Below, one piece after another: positions 8,091 to 17,112 of a stretch of DNA of 41,114 nt. The notes under the pieces were generated by a model that was not told the origin of the DNA, did not search any database, and was given only the letters and a program-made list of their open reading frames with translations. Position 1 is the stretch's first letter. Each line of letters opens with the position of its first letter. The DNA is from Candidatus Micrarchaeota archaeon (GTDB lineage: Archaea > Micrarchaeota > Micrarchaeia > Norongarragalinales > Norongarragalinaceae). Made by a program: the position numbers and the translations under genes. The DNA lies in contig JAGVWL010000036.1 in the NCBI GenBank assembly GCA_018304285.1, forward strand, positions 1 to 41,114, given 5' to 3'.

Positions 8091-8600
8091 TTAATTCTTG
8101 AGCGCTTCGAAAAGCTTTTCGAAACCCATTTTTTCCCACGCGCTCACGCTTATCACTCCCGACGGGAAGGAAAACCTGGCTTTCGCCAACTCGATCTTGT
8201 TCTCGACTGGAATGACTTTCGTTTCGATTTTTTCCTCCAAAACCCTCGCGAGCGCCTGCACGTCTTCGTGCGTGGAGCTGCCCGCTTCGAAAACCAACAA
8301 AATGAAATCGCATTTGGCGAGCGGGCTTTCGCCTTGGGAGAAAAAGAACGAGTCGAACGGCGCCGTGAAATCCAAGAGCACGAAATTAAGGCCTTCGGCC
8401 CGTGCGGCTTTGAAAACGTCTTGCTTGCGTTGTTTCTTGTTGCGCGCGTCCCAAAAAGGCGCGTATTTCAGGGCTTTCGAGCTTTCGCCCATGTTGGCTA
8501 CCCCGACGCGCGCGCCTTTCTTTTCCAGAAACTTGGAGAAGGAAAATGCGAGCGTGCTTTTTCCCGCCTGCGGCGGTCCGATTAACGCTATTACCTTCAA
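8091..8600 (-). CDS. Small P-loop GTPase resembling the GPN-loop family, degenerate
   Basis: Walker A GPPQAGKST, G4-like NKIE, G5-like VSA; VAN.....LKYAPFWDAR and LLDFTAPF..FFF match the GPN-family layout but no GPN loop is present. Confidence 0.7.
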   Translation of the reverse strand: MKVIALIGPPQAGKSTLAFSFSKFLEKKGARVGVANMGESSKALKYAPFWDARNKKQRKQDVFKAARAEGLNFVLLDFTAPFDSFFFSQGESPLAKCDFILLVFEAGSSTHEDVQALARVLEEKIETKVIPVENKIELAKARFSFPSGVISVSAWEKMGFEKLFEALKN

Positions 8601-8804
8601 AATGCTCCACCTTGCAAAATCATTTCAATTTCCGGGCTTTAAAACAATACTTTTAAAAGCTTTTTCAACTAAATCGTATTCGGCAATCCACTGTACAGCG
8701 CGGAATAGCGCGCGCGATAACGCCTTTTTTTCTTTGTGGCATCGGGTGCAAGTGGGACGCATTTTCGGTATTTAGGGATTAAACTTATTGTATGGTGGTT
8801 TGAA

Positions 8805-9437
8805 ATGCAAGCGCAACAAGATTGGGAACAACAGAAGCTGAAAGGCACTACTACCGTCGGGATAACGTTCAAGGAGGGAGTCGTTCTCGCGGCCGACAAG
8901 CGCGCGACTTACGGCACTTTCATCGCAGCCAAAGACGTCGACAAGATTCACGTGGTAGGCGACAACATCGCCATGACCATCGCCGGGGGAGTGGGCGACG
9001 CCCAGACTCTCGTGCGCGTCACGAAAGCCGAGCTTGAGTTATACAAATACTCGAAGGGCGACAGCATGACCATCCAAGGGGCTGCGACTCTTCTCGCCAA
9101 CATACTTCAGGGAAACAAGTACTTTCCTTATTTAGTCCAGCTCATTGTCGGCGGGTACGATTCTTCGCCGAGGCTTTTCGACCTCGACCCGTTCGGGGGT
9201 TTGATTCCCGAAAAATACACTTCGACCGGCTCGGGAAGCGTAGTCGCATACGGCTTGCTTGACGAGCACTTCAAGGAAGGGATGGCAAGGGACGATGCCA
9301 TACGCTTGGCTGTAAAGGCCGTAGGCGCAGCACTGAAGCGCGACAGCGCCACGGGCGAAGGAATTGACGTGGTTTGCATTACCAAGAACGACATAAGGCG
9401 TTATTCCAAGGAGGAAGTGCGCCAGTTTACGGCTTGA
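8805..9437 (+). CDS. psmB: Proteasome subunit beta
   Basis: Propeptide ending KG|TTTVG (catalytic Thr1), VVLAADKRAT, GGVGDAQ, STGSGS, RDSATG. Confidence 0.97.
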   Translation: MQAQQDWEQQKLKGTTTVGITFKEGVVLAADKRATYGTFIAAKDVDKIHVVGDNIAMTIAGGVGDAQTLVRVTKAELELYKYSKGDSMTIQGAATLLANILQGNKYFPYLVQLIVGGYDSSPRLFDLDPFGGLIPEKYTSTGSGSVVAYGLLDEHFKEGMARDDAIRLAVKAVGAALKRDSATGEGIDVVCITKNDIRRYSKEEVRQFTA

Positions 9438-9599
9438 ACAAACACGGTTTTCTTCAAAAATACCCCAAGTAACGCGAAAAAACCCAAATTGTCAAAGTGG
9501 TCTTTTTTGTACGCACAGCGCAAAACCAGTTTCGCAAGTGAGTACCCCCATATTTTTTTTTGAAGCTTTTTAAGCGCAAGAACGGAGATTTGAAAGCAA

Positions 9600-11537
9600 A
9601 TGCAGGAAAACGTATTGAATAACCATAAGGAAAACGGCGTGAAAGGAAACAACATAAAGGAATTGCAGGAAGCAGTTTCGTCGCTATTGCCGCACGATTG
9701 CGAGCTGACCAAGATAGAATTCGAAGGCCCCCAGCTCGTGCTTTACTTGAAAAACATCCGCTCGTTCTACAACGACGACAACCTGATTACCAAAATCGCG
9801 GCGAGAATCCGCAAGAAAATCCTGTTGCGGTGCGATTCCACCCAGCTGATTCCCGAAGAGCAGGCGCTCGAACTCGTGAAAAAACTGGTTCCGGCAGATG
9901 CGGGAGTGAAGGAAGTGCGTTTCGACCCGAACTTCAACGAAGTTTGGATCGAGGCGTTAAAGCCCGGGCTGGTTATCGGGAAGGAAGGAAGCGTTTTGAA
10001 AAACATTCTCATCAACACAGGCTGGAGCCCACGCGTTTTGCGTTCTCCGACGAGCCCCAGCGAAATCGAGAAGGGCATCCGCAACGCGCTCTTGTCAAAT
10101 TCAGACTACCGCAAGAAGTTTCTTGTGGGGCTGGGAAAGAAGATGCTAGAGCCGTCGACCGGCACCGACTGGATTAAGATAACGGCGTTGGGCGCGTTCA
10201 GGGAAGTGGGGCGAAGCTGCATTCTCTTGCAAACCCCCAAAAGCAACATTCTCCTCGACTGCGGCATCAACCCCGACACGTTCGACCCCACGCGCGCGTA
10301 TCCTTACTTGAATGCCATGAATCTCGCGCTGGAACAGCTGGATGCCGTCATACTTTCGCACGCTCACATGGACCACTGCGCCTTCATTCCCTACTTGTTC
10401 GCGTACGGCTACAACGGGCCGGTGTACTGCACTCCGCCCACTCGCGATTTAATGGTTTTGCTCCAGCAGGACGGCTTGAACGTCATGCAATCCAACGGCA
10501 TGACGCCTCCTTACGGCGAGAAGGACATCAAGAAACAGCTGAACCACGTGATTACGCGCGATTACGGGGAAGTCACGGACGTGACGCCGGACGTGCGCTT
10601 TACTTTCTACAATGCGGGCCACATTCTCGGCTCCGCCCAAGTGCACTTGCACATAGGCGAGGGATTGCACAATCTCGTTTACAGCGCCGACATCAAGTTC
10701 GGCCGCACTAATTTGTTCGACCCGGCAGACACGCGCTTTCCCCGCGCCGAGACGCTCATTCTCGAAAGCACTTACGGAGGCAGGGACAACCTGCTGCCGC
10801 GCATGGAAGACGGCGAAGCCAGGCTCGTGCAAGTGATTAGGGAAACAATCGCAAAGCGCGGAAAGGTCTTGATTCCCGTTTTCGCGGTGGGAAGGGCGCA
10901 GGAAATAATGCTTGTGTTGGAAAGCCGCATGCAGCCCGACGAGTGCGTAGTGTATTTCGACGGCATGAGCAAGGAAGCTTCTGCGATTCACACGGTTTAC
11001 CCGGAGTATTTGAAGAAGAACGTGCAACGGCGCATTCTGCAGAACAACTCGCCTTTCGACTCGCCGATGTTCAAGCACGTGATTTCCAAAGAGCGCAAGG
11101 CAATCATCGAGAGCGACGAGCCTTGCGTGATTCTCGCGCCCAGCGGAATGCTTACGGGCGGGACTTCACTCGAGTTTTTGAGGAATTTGGCCCACGACGA
11201 GCGCAACACGCTTATTTTCGTCGGATACCAGAGTGCACTGTCGCTTGGAAGGAAAATCCAGAACGGAATCAAGGAATTGCCCGTCCCAAGCAGCGCTTCG
11301 GGAAAAACCGACGTCGTGAAAATCAACTTGCGCGTGGAAACGGTGGACGGGTTCAGCGGCCACAGCGACCGCTCGCAGCTGCTGGCGTATGCGCGAAGCA
11401 TCCGCCCGAAACCTTCGAGGATTTTCACCAACCACGGCGACGAAGCGCGGACCGAGGATTTAGCGCGCACGCTCAACCGCATGCTGCACGTTGAAACGCG
11501 CGCGCCCATGGATTTGGACACCATCCGCTTGCACTAG
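9600..11537 (+). CDS. fttA: Beta-CASP ribonuclease aCPSF1 / transcription termination factor FttA
   Basis: N-terminal KH domains (KPGLVIGKEG), EVGRSC, SHAHMDH, AGHILGS, ESTYG, FAVGRAQE, GFSGHSD, HGD; follows psmB as commonly seen in archaea. Confidence 0.96.
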   Translation: MQENVLNNHKENGVKGNNIKELQEAVSSLLPHDCELTKIEFEGPQLVLYLKNIRSFYNDDNLITKIAARIRKKILLRCDSTQLIPEEQALELVKKLVPADAGVKEVRFDPNFNEVWIEALKPGLVIGKEGSVLKNILINTGWSPRVLRSPTSPSEIEKGIRNALLSNSDYRKKFLVGLGKKMLEPSTGTDWIKITALGAFREVGRSCILLQTPKSNILLDCGINPDTFDPTRAYPYLNAMNLALEQLDAVILSHAHMDHCAFIPYLFAYGYNGPVYCTPPTRDLMVLLQQDGLNVMQSNGMTPPYGEKDIKKQLNHVITRDYGEVTDVTPDVRFTFYNAGHILGSAQVHLHIGEGLHNLVYSADIKFGRTNLFDPADTRFPRAETLILESTYGGRDNLLPRMEDGEARLVQVIRETIAKRGKVLIPVFAVGRAQEIMLVLESRMQPDECVVYFDGMSKEASAIHTVYPEYLKKNVQRRILQNNSPFDSPMFKHVISKERKAIIESDEPCVILAPSGMLTGGTSLEFLRNLAHDERNTLIFVGYQSALSLGRKIQNGIKELPVPSSASGKTDVVKINLRVETVDGFSGHSDRSQLLAYARSIRPKPSRIFTNHGDEARTEDLARTLNRMLHVETRAPMDLDTIRLH

Positions 11538-11558
11538 CGAGAGAAGGTTTTGCTACAC

Positions 11559-12092
11559 ATGCGCCTTTTGATTACCGGCGTTCCCGGCTGCGGAAAAACC
11601 GTTTTGGCGGAAAAAATTTCGAAAGCCCTCAAGGCAAAGCACGTCGGCGTGAACGAAATCGTCGCGAAGAGCAGGATTTATTCGGTCAGCAAGCGCAAGG
11701 AAAAGCTCGTCGACGTGGAAAAGCTCGAAAGGATTTTGCGCGCGGTTTTGGGAAAGGAAAAAAACTCCGTGGTGGAATCGCACTTGCTGTGCGAAATGAG
11801 CCTGCCGTGCGACCGCATAATCGTTTTGCGCTGCAACCCGCTTGTCTTGAAAAAACGCCTGGAAAAGCGCGGGTATCCCGCTTGGAAGCTGAGGGAAAAC
11901 GTGCTGGCTGAAATGCTCGACTACTGCGCAATCAGGGCCGGCGAAAACTATGCGAAAGACAAGATTGTGGAAATCGACTTCACCAAGCCTTTGCCGGCGA
12001 AAGCTGTGCTGAAAAAGAAGAAAAGCGACAGCGTGGATTGGATGCGGGAGTTCGGGGTTTTGGAAAGGGAAATAAAAGGTTTCTTGGAATAG
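11559..12092 (+). CDS. Atypical adenylate kinase/ATPase, AK6/Fap7 family
   Basis: ITGVPGCGKT, VVESHL (hhhxH motif), LRCNP..L..RL.KRGY...K..ENV.AE. Confidence 0.88.
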   Translation: MRLLITGVPGCGKTVLAEKISKALKAKHVGVNEIVAKSRIYSVSKRKEKLVDVEKLERILRAVLGKEKNSVVESHLLCEMSLPCDRIIVLRCNPLVLKKRLEKRGYPAWKLRENVLAEMLDYCAIRAGENYAKDKIVEIDFTKPLPAKAVLKKKKSDSVDWMREFGVLEREIKGFLE

Positions 12093-12123
12093 ATTAGCGC
12101 TGACTTTCCTTGCAGTCTCCGGT

Positions 12124-12140
12124 AAAAAAAGGTTTAAAAA
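12124..12140 (+). promoter_or_regulatory. Putative BRE/TATA promoter of the acidic micro-ORF
   Basis: AAAAAAAGG followed by TTTAAAAA (12133-12140). Confidence 0.5.
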
Positions 12141-12202
12141 TGCTTGTGGGTTATCTAATGCAGTTGCGTTTTTCCAACCCGCGTTTGAGGTGAACAGTTA
12201 AA

Positions 12203-12298
12203 ATGCAGTTTTTGAAAGCACAGGAAGAAGATTGGGACGAAGAAGAAGAATGGGACGAGGACGAGTGGGAAGAAGAAGAGGAGGACGAGGAGGAATAA
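12203..12298 (+). CDS. Polyacidic Trp-punctuated micro-protein (31 aa)
   Basis: SD GAGGTGA; MQFLKAQEEDWDEEEEWDEDEWEEEEEDEEE; upstream TATA and downstream T-tracts; mixed GAA/GAG/GAC/GAT codons. Confidence 0.7.
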   Translation: MQFLKAQEEDWDEEEEWDEDEWEEEEEDEEE

Positions 12299-12373
12299 TT
12301 TCCCCTCTGAGCATTTTCGTTTGAACAGCGTTTTTGCTTTTTTTTTCTCTACCGCGGGCGACGGGCCCGCTTT

Positions 12374-12976
12374 TCACCTTTTTTGATTGTCTTCAGCCGA
12401 AGCCAGCTGCAGCGTTATGGTGTCGGTGGAAACCGCTTCCTTCTTGTCGAAGCCGAGTTTTTTCAGGAGAATTTCGAGGGTTTTTTCCTGCGCTTCCCGC
12501 GCGCGGTCGATTTTGGTTTCGGCGAGGGCGAATTCGATGAATTCGCCGAAGCCTTTGATGTCGGAAACCTTGATGCGCACCGCGCCGAAAGTGAAGTTCC
12601 ATTCTTGAAGCTCGCGTGCGGCTGCTTCGCTATACCCTAGTTTGTCGAGCTCTTCGATCATGGAATAGCTGCTTTGCACTTCGAAGCCCAGCCGGTCTTC
12701 CTCCTGCAGCATGTATCCGTCGAACAAGAGCGTTTCCTTCTGCGTGAGCTTTTCCGTCCGCACAATGAAATATGCGAAAACGCCTTCGCCGTATTGCTTC
12801 GCGTGGATTACGTCGAAATACTGCCCGCCGCTTGCGAAGACGGCCTTGTTTTTCTTGAGGTCGAAAACCGCTTTCTCCGCGTCTTTCACGGGAAAAACCA
12901 TGCGCACTTCGGGCAATTTCCATTTTAGCTCGTGCATCTTCTGTTTTTTGGGGAACAAGAAATCCAGGAAGCCCAT
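12374..12976 (-). CDS. CYTH (class IV adenylate cyclase-like) fold protein with degenerate active site
   Basis: LDKLGY...RE.QEW......IKVSDIKGFGEFIE and LKKLGF match the CyaB C-terminal pattern; ExExK appears as EVRMV. Confidence 0.68.
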   Translation of the reverse strand: MGFLDFLFPKKQKMHELKWKLPEVRMVFPVKDAEKAVFDLKKNKAVFASGGQYFDVIHAKQYGEGVFAYFIVRTEKLTQKETLLFDGYMLQEEDRLGFEVQSSYSMIEELDKLGYSEAAARELQEWNFTFGAVRIKVSDIKGFGEFIEFALAETKIDRAREAQEKTLEILLKKLGFDKKEAVSTDTITLQLASAEDNQKR

Positions 12977-13013
12977 TCTGCTCTTTTTTCTCCGAAGCCC
13001 GCGCTTTGCGCCT

Positions 13014-16000
13014 TCAAACGTCTTCGGACGTTTGTTGCGCGTCGCGCTTGTTTCTTAAGAAGAAAAAAGCCAGGGCTATTAAGACTAACGCTCCCGCGAC
13101 CCCCAAAACCAGTGCGTTGTTTTCCTCGCTCGCCCGCCTTTCCCCTGCAGTGCCCAACGCAGAGTTGAGTTTTTTGGCTATGGCCCACGCGGTAAATGCG
13201 TTTCCCCTGGCGTCGTAGTCTTTCGCCTGCGCGAGCGCGTCGAGAGTTTCCTGCGTGCCGAACTGCCTTTGCTTCAGTTCGGCGAGGGCGATTTCCTCGC
13301 CCGCGTTTTGCTTTTGCTCTTGCGCGGTTTGCGCAATCGCCTCGGCTTTAGCTTCAATGCGCTGGTTGAGCGCTGCGAGTTCCGCAGCCGTTTTCGCTTT
13401 TCCCCCGTTGCTCAGCAGTTTTTCCAACTCGGCCTTCGCTTTCTTTCCTTGTTGGTAAAGCAGGCTTTTGCTTTCCTGCCCTTTGCTTTCCTCGAAAACT
13501 GCGAATGCGGAGTCGAACAAGCCTATTGCCTGAAGCGCATTTTCTTGGGCCTCGCGAAAGCTTTCTTGCGCTGTTTCAAACGCTTGCTTTTCCTCCGCCT
13601 GCTTTTCTCGCTTTTGCAACGCAAGCATTCTCCCTTTTTCCAACTCCGCGTTGGCTTGCGCGAGGTTGCCGAGCAAAAGCTGTTTTTCCGCTTCTATCGC
13701 GCACTCGCCGCATTCTTGCCGCAGTTTTTCAAGCTCTCCGCTCAGGATTGCGGCAAGCGCGTAATCGAATTGCTTTTCTTGCGGCGGGATTTGGCCTTCT
13801 GCTGAAGGGGCGGTAGCAACGCAGTCCAAGCTTACGGCTGCCGTCCTTGTTTCCAGGCGCTTCAAATTGTTTTCGTCAACGTGCAGCAGTAACAGCCCGT
13901 TTTTGTTTTCAGCTTTCGCGTTCAAGCTGCCGCGCACTCCAGTGGCTTTGCCTTCGCAGCTTTCCTCGGCAATTTCCCCTTCGAACCGCTGCAAGTCGAG
14001 AAACTTGCTTTGCAGCCGGAACTCGAATTCCGATGAATTCGGGCGGGCGGTGAATGTTTTCAGCAATTCCACGGGCTGTGGTATGAGCATGGAAACCTGA
14101 ATTATGTTCAAACCTTTGTGCGCTTGCACGAGCATCCGCACTTGCGACGAGCTGGCGTTGGAGTAAAACTCGGTTTGAAGCGCGCCCTGCGCTTGCGCAG
14201 ATTCGAGCGGGAAAGGCTCGTCCAAAATCACTATGGCTTGCGTTTCTTCCGTGGCTTGCAATTCTACTGTTTCCTCCGCCACCGCCTGCACGAAATCCGC
14301 GCGCGGGGCTTTCAACCTTCTTTGCGTAATGCGCGCGATTTCCTCGCTCGCTTCAAACTCCATGGAATACTCGCCGCCTTCCTCCACGCTGTTGAGGAAA
14401 ACGCTTTTCGCGATTTCAACTTCCGGGCTTTTGAAACGCACCGAAGCGTTTTCGGGAACCTCGAAATCCAGTTGGATTCGCGTGCTTGTACTCAAAGGCA
14501 AAAGGTTTTTCAGCAAAATCCTGGTTTTCACTTGCGCCGGCAAACCTGCAACCGGAATCCCGATTTGCCTTTCCACGCTCGCCTGCTCTTGCAAGTGTTT
14601 CTTGAGCAAAGCCGGGGCTTTGGCTTTAGCTTGGGAACGCAAATAGTCCAAAACGCCTTGGATTTTCGAAAGCCGGCCTGCGCCTTCCTGCAAGTCGATT
14701 GCGCCAAATGAAAAGAATTGCTCGACTTCCGCAAACCGCGCGTTCGCAGCCTCGCCCAAAAACGGGGCAACGCGCTCGGCTTGGGCGTATGAATCATCCA
14801 GCCCTGCATAACGCTCGTACAGCTTCGCGAGGGCGCTTTCGCGGATGCTGTCGAGCTGGGCGTTGAAAAAAACGCTTTCTTCGGGCGTGGCGCTTTCAAC
14901 CGAAAGCAGGATTTCGCCGAGCTTTCTTTCTTCGAATTCTAGGGGGGCGTCTTTCGAAGCGCGGGCAAGAAATTCCTTGAGCAATTCCGCCTTGCGTTTT
15001 ACGGAATCGCGCAAGGCTTGCGCTGAAGCGGTTTCCTGCAGGATGCCTTGGATTTGCCTGAGCTCGGCGATTTTGCCTGCGTAGAATGAAATGCGTTCGC
15101 CGCGGGTGGAAAGCCTGGATGGTTCGAGCGCCTTCGCAAGCAAAACCCGCGCTTTGGCTGCGGCGAAGGCGTTGGCGTGCAGAAGCATTTCTTGCGCTGC
15201 GCTTTTTTCCGCCAAGACTTTCTGCCTCAGGCTTTTCTCCAGCGTTTCGCTCCGTTCGTCGAGGCTTTCGAAAATTTGCCGTTCTTCCTTCAGTGCGGCA
15301 TTCGCCTGCGCGAGCTTTTCTATCGCCCTGCTTGCATACCCCGCTTCCTTGGCTTCCCAATCGCGCTTCGCTTCCTCCGCTTTTTCTGCCGCGGTCTTGT
15401 CGCGCTCAACCGCTTTGCGAAAGTCTTTCTCGAACGAGCCCAATTCCTGCTCCGAGGCGATGCCTTCGGCCCCGCCGACGAGGTAAAAAGCGTTTTCTCC
15501 CACCCCGCTTATCTTCTCGCTTTCAAGAAAGTCGCGCAAGAGTTTGGCGCGCGTTTTCAGAAGCGAGTTTTCCTCGCCCGCCTTTTGGAATTCCCTTTCC
15601 AGCAGGAATATCGCCTGCAAAACCTTGTCGTCCAAAGCGATTTCCTTTTCGTAAAGCCCTCCTTCGCCGGCCAACGCCCTTACCCCTGCCGCTATTCCGT
15701 GCGAGGATTGCGTTTGGTTTGCCGAAGGGATTGTTTTCGAGAAAACGCTTCCGAACCCGCTTCCCAGCACGTCGCGCCTTTCGATTGCTTTCTTCGCTTC
15801 CCCCAGTTCCTGCACGACCCCGCCTGCAAAGCCTTGGAATCCGGGGCCGATCATTCGCTCGAGCTTTTGCGAATGCGCGTCGATTATTTCAAGCCCTTCT
15901 CGCGCCGCTTCGCTCGCCCCGCGCAGCGCCTTCAACCCGTAGGAAAAGCAGTTTATCGAATGCGTGCGGTATGCCGCAAGCGTCGCGAGGGTAAGGAATT

Positions 16001-16262
16001 TCGGCTGCAGCAGCGCATACGTTCTTGCCTTGCCCAGGTCTCGGAGGCTTTGCATTGCTTTCTCGAAAGCAAAGTCGCTCCGCGCGTTTTTCGCCAACGC
16101 CGCGCTCGAACCGATGAAGCCCGCGCAGGATTTCGGGTAGAGCGCGTAGTAGGAAAAAACGGGGTTTTTGGATTCGAGGAGAAACCCGTATTCTGCGAGT
16201 GCGTTAGCCTGGAGGCTGAACGCAATCAAAAGGAAAATAGCCGTTGCAGCCGTTCCGCGCAC
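13014..16262 (-). CDS. Large (1082 aa) exported, C-terminally membrane-anchored protein with helical/coiled-coil and central beta-rich regions
   Basis: N-terminal signal peptide MRGTAATAIFLLIAFSLQANA; C-terminal TM LVLGVAGALVLIALAFFFL then RNKR; Ala/Glu/Lys-rich heptads. Confidence 0.82.
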   Translation of the reverse strand: MRGTAATAIFLLIAFSLQANALAEYGFLLESKNPVFSYYALYPKSCAGFIGSSAALAKNARSDFAFEKAMQSLRDLGKARTYALLQPKFLTLATLAAYRTHSINCFSYGLKALRGASEAAREGLEIIDAHSQKLERMIGPGFQGFAGGVVQELGEAKKAIERRDVLGSGFGSVFSKTIPSANQTQSSHGIAAGVRALAGEGGLYEKEIALDDKVLQAIFLLEREFQKAGEENSLLKTRAKLLRDFLESEKISGVGENAFYLVGGAEGIASEQELGSFEKDFRKAVERDKTAAEKAEEAKRDWEAKEAGYASRAIEKLAQANAALKEERQIFESLDERSETLEKSLRQKVLAEKSAAQEMLLHANAFAAAKARVLLAKALEPSRLSTRGERISFYAGKIAELRQIQGILQETASAQALRDSVKRKAELLKEFLARASKDAPLEFEERKLGEILLSVESATPEESVFFNAQLDSIRESALAKLYERYAGLDDSYAQAERVAPFLGEAANARFAEVEQFFSFGAIDLQEGAGRLSKIQGVLDYLRSQAKAKAPALLKKHLQEQASVERQIGIPVAGLPAQVKTRILLKNLLPLSTSTRIQLDFEVPENASVRFKSPEVEIAKSVFLNSVEEGGEYSMEFEASEEIARITQRRLKAPRADFVQAVAEETVELQATEETQAIVILDEPFPLESAQAQGALQTEFYSNASSSQVRMLVQAHKGLNIIQVSMLIPQPVELLKTFTARPNSSEFEFRLQSKFLDLQRFEGEIAEESCEGKATGVRGSLNAKAENKNGLLLLHVDENNLKRLETRTAAVSLDCVATAPSAEGQIPPQEKQFDYALAAILSGELEKLRQECGECAIEAEKQLLLGNLAQANAELEKGRMLALQKREKQAEEKQAFETAQESFREAQENALQAIGLFDSAFAVFEESKGQESKSLLYQQGKKAKAELEKLLSNGGKAKTAAELAALNQRIEAKAEAIAQTAQEQKQNAGEEIALAELKQRQFGTQETLDALAQAKDYDARGNAFTAWAIAKKLNSALGTAGERRASEENNALVLGVAGALVLIALAFFFLRNKRDAQQTSEDV

Positions 16263-16322
16263 TATCCTATGCAGGGAGCCGGGGGTTAAATTCGGTGGGT
16301 TTATTTTTTTTAAACCGCTGGT

Positions 16323-17000
16323 TTATTTTTGGCAGGCGCCGTTGAGGCAGCCTTTCTCGCATTGCATCACCTGGTTGGCCAGGTTGCCGTTCTTGTTGCA
16401 GTAGTACTCGCGCAGGAACTTGCCCGAGCAGTAGTCTCCCCCCGTTTTCTTGCCTTGCGTGATGAGCCCTTTTTCGAAAGGCGTCACGCCGCCGTCGGAG
16501 TCGGCGCAGTCGGTTTGCGGGCCGCTTTCAAACTCTATCGCAACTTTTGCGATGTTGTTGTCCTCTTCGCTTTCCTTGACTTTGTTGAAGAAATCGGCTT
16601 TAAGCAAAAACTTTTTGGTTCCCGGCTTTTTGCAGCTGACGCCGAACGTCAACTGCACGCTCTGCCCTGGCTGAAGAACTCGGTTCGTAAAGTAGCCTTG
16701 GCGCTTGGTGATCGTGCAATCGCCATTCCACACGCTTTCTTCCTTTGGCGCGAAGAACTGAGGCAATGCGTATAGGTAAGCAAAGAAGGGCGCGGCGTCC
16801 GCGCTGCCCGCGTTCTTGATTCCGGCCGTTATGAAAACTTCGTTGCCTGCAACGGCCTTGGCCGGCGTCTTGATGGTTTCGAAAAACAAGTCCGGCAGCG
16901 CCTTTTCCGCTTCTTGCACTGCCGTTTGGTTATCTTCGGCAAAAACGGCTTGGGATAAAGACAATAGCAAGGCGATTGCAACCAATGCTTTCAAACGCAT
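16323..17000 (-). CDS. Secreted CARDB (Ig-like) domain protein with C-terminal Cys-rich module
   Basis: Signal peptide; LPDL...I.N.G..DA..F and AD..N.VKES.E.NN CARDB motifs; CADSDGG...DYC....LREYYC...CEKGCLNGAC. Confidence 0.82.
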   Translation of the reverse strand: MRLKALVAIALLLSLSQAVFAEDNQTAVQEAEKALPDLFFETIKTPAKAVAGNEVFITAGIKNAGSADAAPFFAYLYALPQFFAPKEESVWNGDCTITKRQGYFTNRVLQPGQSVQLTFGVSCKKPGTKKFLLKADFFNKVKESEEDNNIAKVAIEFESGPQTDCADSDGGVTPFEKGLITQGKKTGGDYCSGKFLREYYCNKNGNLANQVMQCEKGCLNGACQK

Positions 17001-17112
17001 TCCGCACCACTCTCCCTTTTTGAAACCCTACAGGCTAATACTGTTTTTCGTTTAATATCCCTTACTGTTTTAAATCAGCGTGCGCTTTTGTTACTCGCGC
17101 AAGGTGGGTTTG

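Noticed and set aside
8736..8804. Longer N-termini from the ORF track (psmB 8736; also AbrB 17080, aIF-5A 25067, lipoprotein 27751, vapB 31227, rio1 31271, argS 36782)
   Set aside because: Downstream starts fit SD positions and/or family N-termini better
12203..12298. Pup/UBact/SAMP-like proteasome tag, given the nearby psmB
   Set aside because: No C-terminal GG, GGE/Q or GE motif and no ligase gene in the window
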